From positions 22,258,001 to 22,322,000 of the forward strand of contig OX442314.1 in assembly GCA_949358305.1 (NCBI GenBank): 64,000 nt of DNA. The letters run 5' to 3'. The DNA is from Strigamia acuminata (taxonomy: Eukaryota). Of this stretch, positions 39,053-52,500 are shown in pieces. Numbering within the stretch: the stretch's first letter is position 1; the number at the start of each line of letters is the position of its first letter. Position numbers and translations under genes: made by a program. The notes beneath the pieces were generated by a model, which saw only the letters and a list, made by a program, of their open reading frames with translations, was not told the DNA's origin and made no database searches.

Positions 39053-42000
39053 ATGTGGAGTCCAACGCATGTGCAAGTTGTTGGTGAGTTTGAATTTGTT
39101 TTGCTTTTAATTCGCAGAACAACTGAATTGGTTGAGGAAACTTTTGTGTGGCAATTAATTCAATTAAAAAGTTGATTCCGGGATAAATTTATTACTCCGA
39201 AACTATCCTAGTTTGTGTGCTCTTGTTTGGACTGTACTTTAAACGGTTTAAAGGGTCGGAAAGAGCACAAAAGATGAGCACAATGAAAAGTTTTTGAAAA
39301 AGCCAATAAAAATTGGAAACTTGCATTGTTCTTTTTACGAACATGAGAAATAGGACAAACTGAAAATAGTATTTATATATATTTTCTAGTTATTTTAGGA
39401 ATTGGTTTTATATTATTTATTTCATGTTTTAGTTCATCGCGCCAGAAATCTCACTACAAAAGGCAAAAATGGTAATTTTGAATTTTTGTATTTGAAAACT
39501 TGAAAATTTGAATAAAAATGATTAAGTTGAAATAAAAATTATTTTTTATTATTTTTCGCAGGCACAAACGATGCATTTGTAACTATCCAACTAGGAAAGG
39601 AGAAATTCCAAACATCTGTGAAGGAAAAATCGGAAAATCCAGAGTGGAATGAGGAATGTGAATTGTAAGATAATATTATCGGCTTTTATCTTTTGTTGAA
39701 ATGAATTTATAATGACGACATATTTTATTGCAGAACAATTCCGGATGGAAATACATCGTGTGTCATTTTAACAGCATTGCATAGAAATTTTGTAGGGTTG
39801 GATAAATTTCTTGGGCAAACCCAAATTCCATTAAATGACTTATTTACGAGTATTTATGAACGGTCAAAAAACAGGTAATTCATCATTTGTGTACGGATTT
39901 AGGTTGTAAATAATCAAATAATTGTGTGTTTAATTAGGTGGTATCCATTGGAAGCTAAAAAAGGCAAAACAAGTGATAAAAAAAGAGGCGAATTGGAAGT
40001 TCGAATTACATTTACGGTGAAAAGTGTCACCGGCAGTTTGATGGATTTGAGTAAAAAGCCCAAGAAGATTAATTCGTTGCCTGTGAAAATGGTGCAGAGT
40101 GTTGGTACGGTTTTTATCATATTTTAAACGTCTAAACAAAGTATCAATGATGATTTTAATATACGAACCCTGATTTTTGAAAAATTTTATTGATATGAAA
40201 TTTAATATCTGATGATAACTTTGTAGTTTAAAAAAAGATAATTTGATAACGTATAGTTTCACCATTTGATTTATAATGTTTTTATTTTTTTACATTCAGG
40301 AGGAAGTTTGATGAATTTAGCGGGTAAAGACAAAAAAATGCCTCATCTTCCGTTCAAGACTTTGGCAAATTACGGTAAAAGAGAATAAAAACACATAAAT
40401 CGAATTTTTCTGTGTTTATTAATTGATTATTTATTTTTATCCAGGACATAAATTGAGTGAAAAATTTCCAAAACGCAAATCTTCCAAAATTAAAGACGAA
40501 TTTCGAGACACAGATTCCGTGCCTAGTTCTCAGGATCAAGGAAGTACATTTGATAGTGACGATGAGCAATATGTACGAGTTACCAATCAGATTTTAACAC
40601 ACACAAAATGAAAACAACAGTAATATTGAAAAATCTGTTGTTTTAAACATATGTTAACCAGTTTTAACATTAATTGATGGTGTTTGATTTCTTTTTTTAA
40701 ATTTTTTTATTAATTAATAATTTTCCATTAATTATTGGTGGCTGAAGGACTTTCAAGAATTTTTTTGGGCTATAGGATTAACCCATGATTGCCTTTAGTT
40801 TGACATAGTTTGTTTGTTGTGTAGGCATTTGGGTTAGATCCTTTACCGGATGAGATGCCAACAGATTACGAAGAAGAGAGCAGAATATCAAAGACAAACC
40901 ACGTTTTAGACGAAGATTACTGCATGAAAAAAGTTCTAATCAATTTTTAAAATAAAACAATTTATTTTTTTAAATTCTTTTAAACATTTCTTAATTAATT
41001 TCTTAATTTTTATTTTAATCAGGAGGCGCCATCTGCTGTCACGGAATCACCGATTCGTTCTGAAGTTCGGTCGACTGTTTCGGAAGAAACCAAAGTGGTT
41101 GCCAAACCACCAGCAGGTGATTTTTATTTTCTTTTGGGGCAATTTAATCTGCTGAAATCGAGTTTTGAATGTTTGCAAGTTTTGGAAACTGCATGTTGCA
41201 CGTCGCACAATTGCATGGATTGCTTGTTTTAACTAAGTAATGAGTTAAAAACAGATAAGGAACCGGTTGTGTCGTTTGTACAGACCGAGAACGGCGTCGT
41301 TCCATTCCGATTTTGCCGCAATTGGTGGAGTCGCCTTTGGAGAACGAAGAAAGCGCCAAACCAAAATGGAATAAACGATTACGCAAGATGAAAATAAGTC
41401 GAAGCAGTGAGTGGGTCTCCGCAGCAGTTTAACAAAAACATTTGCAATTGTGATAACAGAAATGTTTATTTTGTTCATTAACTTTTGTTTATTAATTTTA
41501 AAAACTAAAAGAGAAAACAAAAAAATCTAATTTATATATTTGTATTTATTTAGATCCGAGAAGACATACAATTCAAGCGCTCGACTTAAACGAAGATTTA
41601 AGCGATTTGGAAGCAAAGTCCAAAATGGTCACACCCTTAACACCGCCACCCACATCCATGTCTACCAGACCGACCCCGCCTCCAAGGTCCACGTCTAATA
41701 ATTTCGCAACCAAAATGGTCGAATCTCGGCAAGTTACTTCTCCGTTTGTGAAACCCGACGACGCGAAGAAAAGAGGAAGCGATGGAAAATTGCGCGTCGA
41801 GTCGTCCAAATTGCTGTCCAATATGCCCAAAGAGAAATTGGCGATGTTTGAAAAAATGAGCAAAGAAGTAGAAACGTTAAATTTTTCAATTTTTTAATTT
41901 TAATTTTTAATTTTAATCCCTTTAAAATAGGATTTAGTTGAGTTGATAGTTTGTCAGCAGTCGTCGATCGACCGACATTTAAAGCAAATTAGAGATCTCG

Positions 42001-42272
42001 AAGATTACATCGACGATTTATTAGTTCGTGTAATGGAAACAACACCTCGCTTGCTACAGAATCCTTTTAAAATATCGCCTTCAATCAGGTAATTTGATCC
42101 CAATCCCGAAATAAAATGTTTTAGTATATTAAAAAAATATTAATGATGCAATTAAATAACGGCTTGCTCAAGCTTTTGTTTTGGACGAATTAAGCGGTAC
42201 ATTTTAGTTCTACATTTAGTGTTTTTGTAATATTTTTTTGTTAAAAACAGGAAATTTATCTCCTCTGCTTAG
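39053..42272 (+). CDS. Rab11 family-interacting protein, class I (C2 + FIP-RBD), Rip11-like
   Basis: MWSPTHVQVVVHRARNL...NDAFVTIQLGKEKFQTSVKEK (C2) and C-terminal IRDLEDYIDDLLVRVMETTPRLL. Ends either at TAA 42092 or after a short terminal exon at TAG 42272. Confidence 0.92.
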
Positions 42273-43609
42273 GAATGATTTCTTCTTTGACGATCCTGCT
42301 AACCCCAAGATAGTGCGCCAATGTAATTATCTGTGAGCACGTGCTTGTTTCCGCGCTGTTTATAATGCTATGATTTTTTGACCGATGCATGGCAATTGGC
42401 AACTCACCCTTTTACTGGTCACTTGTAGAAATTGAAAGACAATAATTTTGTGCTGGCTTTTTATTGTAAGTCATGGCTGTGTACAATTTTCTAGGGAGCG
42501 ACAAATTTCTTTATTTTGAGAAGATTTTCTTTACGCGTTTTATTTTGATACAAAGCAAATTATTTAGACAATATTGTAAAGTTGAAAACTTTGAAATTGT
42601 AAGTTAAATAATAATTTGATACGCGAATGGTTGTAAATATTTTAAGTAAAACTAAGAAGAAAAGGGGAAAAAAATAATTGAAGACTTTGAGATTATATTT
42701 TTTTATTATTATATAATAATTAATGTAAAAGTTTAACTGCGGACTTTCATCTCATGAATTTATACTCATAAATTGTAATAACGTGTAATCATTAAGATTA
42801 TGAGACAAGTTTATCTTATTTTATGTAGTTGAAAAATAATTTTTTTCCTATCGTGTTTTGGAGGTGATAAAATAAAATTTTTAAAAATAAATTAATAAAG
42901 TAAATTAAATTTGTAATAATACAGTTTTAATATAAAAAAATATTTTGAAAATAAAAGTAGGTGATTGGAAACGTAATTCAAAATGGCGTCCTTTTGTACC
43001 AACGATCATTCACGGTTGTGCTTGTTACACCACCGTTGTGTGCTCATTTAGTCATCAAAGATCAAAGAAAGGAAGTCAACATTTTTTATTTTTCCCAGTC
43101 TCATATGACCTTGATAGCAGATGTTCAAAAATCAATAGCATTTTAAATGTTTTGTTATTAAATTTCGTAGAAACATCTTTATCTTTTTCATTGAATGTTT
43201 AGACTGATCATATTCGGAACATAGTATCGAATAGCTAAGATAAGATTCATAAGAAGTCGAATAAACGATAAGCTTTTTAAAGTAAGTGTGTTTTAATTGC
43301 AAAGTATAAAAACAAAACGGCAGTTTTTCACGTTACAATTCATAACAAAGACATTAAAAGTTTATCCGCAGAGAATCGGATGCACAGTTTGTTGTTTAGA
43401 TTTTGTCATTTCCATTTCCATTTCCATTTTCCATGATCCGTGAGATTCGCGTTTTCAAGTGGGCTGTTACGAAGAAAGAAAAAAAGAAAAAACTTTCAAC
43501 ATTAATGCGCGTCCTTGGCCCGCTTTCGTTGTCACCATATGGAGATTATGGAGACTCGTGATTATACCTCTTTGTTTTGTTGTGTTCTCTTTTTTTTCCT
43601 TTTAAATGC

Positions 43610-43816
43610 TTAGCTTTTTGCATTTTTCATCTCCTTTTTTTTCTCGGTATTTTGCAGTTTCGTGACTATTTTCCTAACGTGTCCACTGGGATCGAAATGA
43701 TTCGTGTGTTCGCTAACTTCTCTTTTGCTTCTTTGTTTACCACTTCTACCGGAGTATAAATATTTATCGTGTTCGAAGTTGTATCGATCATATTCGTCCA
43801 TATGCGCTTCAGACAT
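43610..43816 (-). CDS. NUPR1: Nuclear protein 1 (p8) family, single coding exon
   Basis: DEYDRYNF...GRSGKQRSKRE...HTNHFDPSGHVRKIVTKLQNTE matches the p8/NUPR1 family pattern. Confidence 0.9.
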   Translation of the reverse strand: MSEAHMDEYDRYNFEHDKYLYSGRSGKQRSKREVSEHTNHFDPSGHVRKIVTKLQNTEKKKEMKNAKS

Positions 43817-44604
43817 CGTGCGATTATTTGGTAGATTTTTTGGAGTTTTGCGAGTAGGAACTTTCCTTGTTTTGCTGGTTTAACAGGTCGGATGCGATTC
43901 TTTACACGATCGGTAGAGCCCTTTAATAAGCTGTCCTAGAATAATGACCTCACTTTTGTCGAATTTGATTGGAGGATGAGGTGCCACGCTTGATTTTGAT
44001 TGGTTGAAATGATATCTTGTGTAAACAACACAACGCGCCCGACAACTCGTGATGTTGCAAAATCAATAAAAATTGTTTACAATAGACTGCAAAATTAAGT
44101 GTTATAATAAGGTGCAATAAAACAGCTGATTACATTATCATTTAATTAGACAAAATACACTGGAAAGATAAAATTGGTGACAGAAAAATGTTAAAACGAA
44201 AAGTATGAACATTTTACTCGAAAATAAATATAAAAAACAAACTCAACGGAAATTTACTTCCAACTTTAATATAAATGTTAGCCAACAGCTGGTTGTAAGC
44301 TTTTTATACCAGACGAAAATATTAGTTTGGTGAGTAAGGGTGATGAAATGTTCGATCAAGGACTATTATTTGTTAAAATTGTCCCTGGTTCATAAATGCG
44401 AACACAAACAATCATTAAAATGGCACCAGAACTGCAATTCATACATACAAGAAAGCAGACATTTGCACTTTTCAAAAAAACACACACCACAATACTTTTA
44501 TTAAAAAAATACTTCACAGTTTTGTAATGTGATATATTTTCAGTTGACACAAAATGATAAGTTAATTAAATGATCAATTTTAGAAATTAAATTGTAAATC
44601 AAAA

Positions 44605-47600
44605 TCAAAATCGTTTTTTCTTCAAATCTTCTTTAACTTTCCACATCATCAATTCCATGCACGAAACCGCATCCTCTTGGCTGTCGTGACCATCCACTGA
44701 ATAAAACCAACAAAAAAAAATTATAAAACATTTAAAAAATGCATCTTCAACATAAAATCTGAAAAACCTTACAACTGTTTTGGATTATTTTGTTTAAGTA
44801 GTCGGCCATTAAGTTCCTTAATGCCCTTTTGTAAGGTGGTCCTAGTCTGTGTGGAAATACAACGGATGTGTCAACAACAGTGTCGTGTATGAACTGCAAA
44901 CAAAAAAAACAAAAACAAATAATTAATACACGAGCAAAATTTAAAAAAGTAACAATCATTATTTACTTTTAAAGCCTGGAAGTCACTTTCTAAACTATGT
45001 CCTATCAAAATAGTTTTATTACTAAATTTATTTAATAAAACCGCTTGAACATCACGCAAAGTGGTGGTAACGCCTTCCATATCATTTTCAGTTATGCCAC
45101 TAAATCTAAAAATAATTTCAAATAATTAGACCTCAATAATCACACAAAAATATTTTTAAAAAAAAGTTACTTTGTATTGTAATCCACAATCGGATTATCT
45201 GGTTTGACTAAAGTTTCGTAAACTGGCTTCGACTGCCAGTCGATCACTGTTATCCGAGTTAACTCTGAGCCCTGCACAGTATAACTCTGCAAATACAATC
45301 AAAAATTAATTATTTTTTTAAATTAAATATTAAACATTTCAATATCTCACCATTTCACAATCAAGAGCGTATACTTCGTAACTGCTGCTCGAAGACGCAG
45401 ATTTTTGCATCGTTGTCACGAACCCACGCAAATTATCGTACTGAATATTCTCAGATACATGTAATTGACTAACGCAACATCCTTCCGATTCTAAATCACC
45501 CTGACAGCAATTATACCGATTATCGAGCGTCCCAGCAACTAAAACAAACAAAAAGTAATCAAATCCTTCAAAAACTGAAATGGAATTTGCCTTTTCACCT
45601 CTTCTTTTGTGCGCCCTGCCCCAATGGTAAACACACTCTTCTCTATTCAGATAAACACCTTTCGACGTCACTTTGTACCTCGTTCCACACCTACAGCAAA
45701 TTCGGTCCGTAACTACAAAAACAAAAACAAAAATAAAACATTGATTCTTAAGTCAAACCAAGCCAACTTTTCTTCTTACGATCTACAGTCTTCTTTTTGG
45801 GATCTTGTTTCAAAATGATCGCTTTTCCCGGTTCATTCGGATGTGGTCTTGGGAATCCATTTTCATCGAGCTGTTCTTGCGTCAAAATGTACGGTTGTAA
45901 CGATTCAAACAAAAGACTCAGACTGATTTCTTCAAACGACGAGCGCCTCCTTTCGATACTATAGCTCACGTTCGCAGCTTTTTTACCACCGAGAACAAAC
46001 TCGTGCGATATACAATTTTGTGGATTTTTCTTCGCAACCTTCGCCGTAGTGGATGGCGGAGACTGAGGCATGACCCCATTCACCTCGTTCCGTATCCTGT
46101 GAATCGTGTTGACGGCCACGTTCAAATAAACGGATCTATTCGAACTTCTCAAATACGAATTTTTTTCCTCAGCCAAAGCCTGAAAAATAATATTCATCGT
46201 TAATTTATTAATTCGATTAAATAAAATAAAATAGTTGAATTTACTCGAGTGTAAGCGTCTTTTTCGTCCGGGTACATTTTAAGACATTCGTCTATTATCA
46301 TATTTAAATACCGTTGGCGGACATTTGTCGGAACTTTGCTGCCGTATTCCTGCGTTATCATAGGTCGAGGCGAAAGCTGGCAAACGCGATCAAAAATCAT
46401 TAACTTAAAATTCTTTCCAATATTTTAATCTATTCATTACCTGAGTTGGCAAATGAGCAATTCTATTACCACCTTTGGTGCTCGTTTGAGCCACCGTTGT
46501 ATTGACAGCCGATTGATGTACAGTTTGTTTGGTTTTTGGAACAGACACGGGGTTAATGAGAGCAGAAACATTTGGTACATGAGCAATCCGTTTCTTTCCG
46601 ATCGCTGTCGAAACAGTGGACAGAAAAGCGCTGTTCGAACTCGTCTGAAACAAAAATTATGACTATTCATCACCATTATCAGTAAGTGCATTCATAAAGT
46701 CATTTAGACTAAACAGCTGCTTTTTAAACTGCTTTTCTCGATCTAACTTCAAACATGGCTGCCGATTTAATATGTTTTCATTCGCACGGGTATGCCCACA
46801 ACATTTAAACATTTAACTGCAAGTTAAACATGACTTTATGAATTTGATTTATATGCAAAACACTTACTGAAGGAGCTGCAATCGAATTTTCTGCTTCGTC
46901 TCGCAATTGTTTCAATTTCGCATATCTATTGAGCATAGCCTGAGATGGTGATACTTTCGGAAGCGCAGACGACTGGTTACTTCTTTTAGTAGTCTATAAA
47001 TTAAACTAAATTAAGTTAAATATAAAAATTAAATTAATAATACTCACGATTCCACTTTGAGAGCAGCCTTCATGAGCAACACGTTTACGCTGACTATGAT
47101 TTGTTAAGTCCTCGTCAGTTAACTCACGTTTAACAGCCTATAAAATAAATAATTTGAGATGATGAGCATAAGAGAACAAAAGCATGCCGTGTTAATAAAA
47201 TTTAAATTGGTAATTTTCAAATTCTTAAAAAGTTTTTACACACAAAGAATTTTATATTGGACTAACTATTTGAAAATTACCTACAGAAACTGCTAAAATA
47301 TCTAAAAATAAATAATTATAATTTCGTAGATCACATTTTTATTTTTAATGACATTACCAGAAATGAACAATAATAAACAATCGTACAAGTTAAAACTAAA
47401 AATAACAATCACTTTATATTGGCCATTCGGTACTGTCTGCGTGGGAACAAATTCTTCGAAAATCCGCCGGCATTCCGCCTCGGTATCGTGTTCGTCCAAA
47501 TCGGAATCGCTGATCGACGCGAAGGCGGTACTGACAATATCGATCGGATCGTCATCGTCTTCGGACGATTCAAAATCGCTCAGCATTTTAACTTCGTTTT

Positions 47601-48942
47601 CTTCTTTTCGTGACACTTGTTGTAGCAAACCCGTTGTTTTCTCTTTCGGACTGTTTGGCGACTTAATATTTGTAATTTTCTCCACTTTTGAACTGTTTGG
47701 TGACGTAATATTTATTTTTTTACTATCACTTTTCTCCTTCTCACTCGTCACTGACTTTTTACTAGTGCTCGGAGTCTTTTCGCTCGATTTTATTTTTTTA
47801 TTATTCTCACTTTTCTGAGGCGATTTTTTCGGTTTTAACTTTTTGCTATCACTTTTCGACGAACTCGAACTTGTTTTAACGACATCCTTGTTCTTTTTAA
47901 CAGATTCCTTCTCTTTTTTTACACTTTGAGATTTCGCCTTTACATGCGCATTCGATTTTCCACTCGCCGTTTTCTTCGTTTCGTTATTTTTTGATTTTTT
48001 CGATTCCACTTTTTTATTGTCAACAATCTTCTTGCTTTTAACCTCCTTCGTAGAAAATCCCTTCTTCGATATAGCCTTCTCACAAATACTGCTCTCAGTT
48101 AATATTTGATTAACAATATCAAACTTATCGTCTCGACTTTCCCCTTTCGCCTTAACAGGACTGCTCTCTATCGACGTATCGATCACCAAATCTTTATCCA
48201 TCAGTTCCAGGTCACTCAACGAACTATTACCATCCTCTTGTTCGTCTTCGATCTTTATTTTCTTAACAGTTTGTTTCTCTACTTTCATCTTGGCCAAAAC
48301 ACTTCTTTTAGACGGCACGTAAGGAATTTTGTTTGACTGAGAAACCGGCAGCGCCACTTTATTCGTAAGTCCCGCCGAATAATTTGTTAGAGGATCGTAT
48401 TCCAGCTCGTCCGCTTGTTCGGTCATTGCTTTGGCATATTTATTTTCCTGTTGCATTTTCTTGAGTTGCGCAATCGGTGTCGGTTTGTATTCCAGAACGG
48501 TTTTCGACGATTTCGACGATTTCGACGCAGGTTTTTCTTTCGTCACCACGTCCACCTTTGTAAAACAGACAATTTATGCTACTGAACTCGTCGAAACTTT
48601 ATTTGTTTGTATATATATTTATTTAAATTACATTTACTTCATCGTTATCAATCACCCCGGATTCAACCTCCTTTTCCATCCTCTTGACCGCCTCGTTGAC
48701 AATCCGTAATAGATCGGTTGGATTTTCCTCTTCGCTAACGGGGAAGCAAGACTCAGAATCTAATATTTACGAAATGAAACGGTAAGATATGACTGCAACA
48801 CAGATTTTTATTTCAACTTTCATTCTTTGTTTGTCTAACCTTTTTTTCTAACATGTTTAAAGTGACAATGCGGTCTCTCACAGAGACCGTTTTCAAAAAA
48901 TGGGCATGGGATACTCTTAAAATAACCGGAGGTAGCTAACAT
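44605..48942 (-). CDS. REXO1: RNA exonuclease 1 homolog (DEDDh)
   Basis: N-terminal [15 protein letters not shown]...[28 protein letters not shown]; exonuclease motifs [33 protein letters not shown]. Confidence 0.93.
46690..46843. mobile_element. Small MITE-like element in a REXO1 intron
   Basis: Perfect 14-bp inverted termini ATTCATAAAGTCAT / ATGACTTTATGAAT. Confidence 0.6.
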
Positions 48943-49560
48943 TTTGAACGAACAATCGAACTTTTTAAACTTTTACGGTTCTCGCTCATCTAATTCGGAA
49001 GACATGACAATTTCGCGCACTCCCTTCTAGTTTCTACAGTAAACACAGGATCGGGTCATTTCATCCGCGTGCGCCCTCTGCCAATTAACCTGCGAAACAT
49101 TTGCTAAGCGCTGTAAAGCAAATTATAGGTTAAATCCGCTTAAAAACTTAATTATAGACTTCATTTATTTACGTTTGAATTTTATTTTTGGACAAATTTC
49201 GGGTTTTATTTAGCAAACTTTATCGGTTCTTTGTATCTTAATTCGTTAAAGATGTCACACGTGATCTATAATCCGTGACGTTTTCATCAACACTGAATTG
49301 GAACATGGCGGCGTGTGTTTTCCTCTTTGTAAAAAAGTAGTTTCGTTCTTTAGACTGATGCTTGAGTAGTCACAGTTCGTGTTATCAAATTAAAGGTTAG
49401 TTACCATACAATGAGACTCGTTTTAATAAGTTTGGTTTACCAATGGTTAAAACTCCATTGTTCAGTTTATTTTAAGAGCCCAGCTATATTTACTCTGGTT
49501 TTTGTACACGTTAATTGTCATTTTTCTTTCGTCTTTTTCCCACCACAGATATTCAGAAAA

Positions 49561-52500
49561 ATGGCCGAAAATTCAGTGGAGGTTATCGAGAACGATTTGC
49601 GAAGAATTCTAGGCGTAGGACTACCAGTGGACGAAATAAAAGGCAACGAGGAATGTCCAAGGGATCAAGCGAGGCCCAGTAACGACAACCAAGAGGCGGC
49701 AAACGCGTGTGAAGTGAAAAGTTTTCCTCATAGTCCCCCGAAAACGAATTATAGGAAGTTTCAAGGGGAGAAATTCGTGGGGAAAGGCGAGGAAGGTCAG
49801 AGTAGATTTCACCACGAGGACGATGCGGAGAAAATGAAAAAAAAGAAGAAGAGGAATAAGAAGATCGGAATTCCGCTGATTGAAAGTGAATCGCCCAAGA
49901 CAGTGCGAGAGAATAAAAAGAGTAAGCGGAAAAAAACGAAATGGGAGGTTGTCGACTTGAAGACCACGCATGAAACGCCGTCTCAGTCGCAGCAGAAAAC
50001 ACTTTTTCATGAAAATCCACCGACTACAAATAAATTACCAACAGCAACAGAAGGTCGTGGAACTGTTTCAACTTAGATTTAAATTTTTTTAAAAATGACT
50101 TTTTTTTAGTTTATTGATAGCGAGACATGTAAATTAATTTTAGTATTATAATTTATTTGTTTATTTATTTTTTTCTTCTAGCTTTTTATCATAATCCCAA
50201 ACCAATGTCATCGTCACAACAGCAGTGTATCCCGGCACTTGTACCATTTCAACAAATGCGACCGCCGCCAGATGTTTTGGAATTTTTGGCAAACAATTTT
50301 ATTCATCCTTTAAAAAAAGTGATTAATTTGCATGCGATTAATTCTTTTTAGATTTTTAAAAAAAATTATTTTTTTTCACAGCGTTTTAGCAAGTTTCCCA
50401 GAGCCTTATTTTTTTGTCGGTTATGTGACTATCATTGTGATACAGTTACCGTTTGTGAGCGCCACATTAAAGATTCGAGACATCAGAAAAACAAAGAAGT
50501 GTTTATATAATTTAAATTAATTTAATATTTTTTTTAATTTACTAATTTTTTGATGTTTTTTTTTTTAGAATAGAGAACTTGAAATTACATTGCACAGTTT
50601 ACCAGACCCATACGAAGCTCATGCGAAAGTTGTGAACGATGTCATATCAAATGTTGCCCAACAATTCGGTTTATCTGATTGTGATATTAAAGTAAGGGAA
50701 GATTTAGTTGAAGAGATGAAGGGATTTGCACTCGACGGTTTAAAAGGTGAATATCAATGATTGCAAATGATTAATTTAATATTTACATGTTTAAAAATAA
50801 AAAATATTGCTTTAGATTGTCAATTACGCCTCTACGGATCATCGTTGAGTAAATTTGGATTAAAGAGTTGTGACGTTAATGTTGATTTAGTTGTTGATGA
50901 AAACTTAAAGCCTTCGGATGTGTTAACGGCTGTTTTTGAAAAAGTGAAGACATGGCGTAGGTTTTATTTCATTTTTATTTTAAGAATTTCTAGGTTTTTG
51001 TTAAAATTAAATTTTATTTTGCAGCTTACGCTGAGAATGTTCGAAGCGACTTTACAGCCAAGATTCCTTCGATATTATTTCGAGAAAAGAGAAGTCAATT
51101 AAACTGTATGGTTAATTTAAATAACGCTCCTGCATACAGTACTGCGCGGCTATTGGCTGATTACGTTTCTATTGATTCTCGAGTTCGTGTTCTTGGTGCT
51201 GCATTCCGTTACTGGGCTGAGGTTTCTTTTTATTTAAAAATTAAACAAAAAAATTGCATTATTTATTCACACAAAAAAAATTTTGTTTTTATAGATCTGT
51301 ATGCTTGATAAACAATACAATGGTACACTACCAGCCCATTCATTTCCAATAATGGTGATTTATTACCTACAACAATGCCAGCCACCTGTATTACCTGTGC
51401 TACATGAAGTAATTATTGATTTAATGCACGTTTATCGAGTGTAAAACTTAAAAAGAATAGAAATTACTTGTTTTATACTCGTTTAAAAATGTGTTTATTA
51501 TATTTCCGGTTAATTTATTTGAAATTTTTTTTTCTAGATGGCTAGAAATGAGAACGAAATTTATTTGCCAGCCTCAGAATTGGTGAGTGATGAGCTAGAA
51601 GGGAACTAATAAAATAATTTGAACTTATTTTAATAATTTTTATTAATTTAGAATGGCAAATGGACTTGCAATAACACACAAACCATAGGCGAGCTATGGA
51701 TAGCATTACTTAAGTTTTACGCCGTGTCTTTTAAGACAAACGACAACGTGGTCTGCATTCAACAATCGAAGTTGATGAAACGAAGTGAGAGAGGATGGAG
51801 TAGTAAGCGATTAGCTTTGGAAGGTATTTTTAGTTGATTTTGGATTTATTGTTTATTAAATTTAAAATTTAAAATTCATACTTTTTTATAGATCCATTCT
51901 CAAATAAGAGAAATCTAGCACGATCGATAAGCAATCATTTGGTAGCTGAGTACATTTTTGATCGGTTCAAAATGACTTATAAATATTTTGGCATTCCTCA
52001 AACGGTGAAAGGCCCATTGTTTGATAAATTATTGCTGGCTACATTGACTGAGCATTCGGAGAAGAAGAATAAAAGCGGAACATTGCTTCTGGACGCGCTC
52101 GAAAATATAGCGGGCAAGAGCAACGACATTGCTTCGGATTCGAAGCCCGACGCGACGATTAAGAACAAGAAAAGTTTTGTTCCGGACCCGTCAGTTGTGG
52201 TGACGATTCCATCCCAATCGAAACAGGAGAAGACGAAAGATTCCAAAAATGGCAAGAATTTGGCCGTTAAAGAATCAAGAGAAACCGAACGAAAGGAGGA
52301 CACGGAAGAGGACAAGTTGGATAAGAGTTTTCAAGATGTTGAATTGAACTGCAGCAGGGAGGATGCTGAAAGTGATCATTCAGTGAGCACGCATGGAGAC
52401 GACGAGTCCGAACACGAATGCTGCATCATGAATTCGTTGATGGAAGCTCTGGATGATGATTTTGAGTTGAGGGGTACGGAGGAGAATGATGAAATCAACG

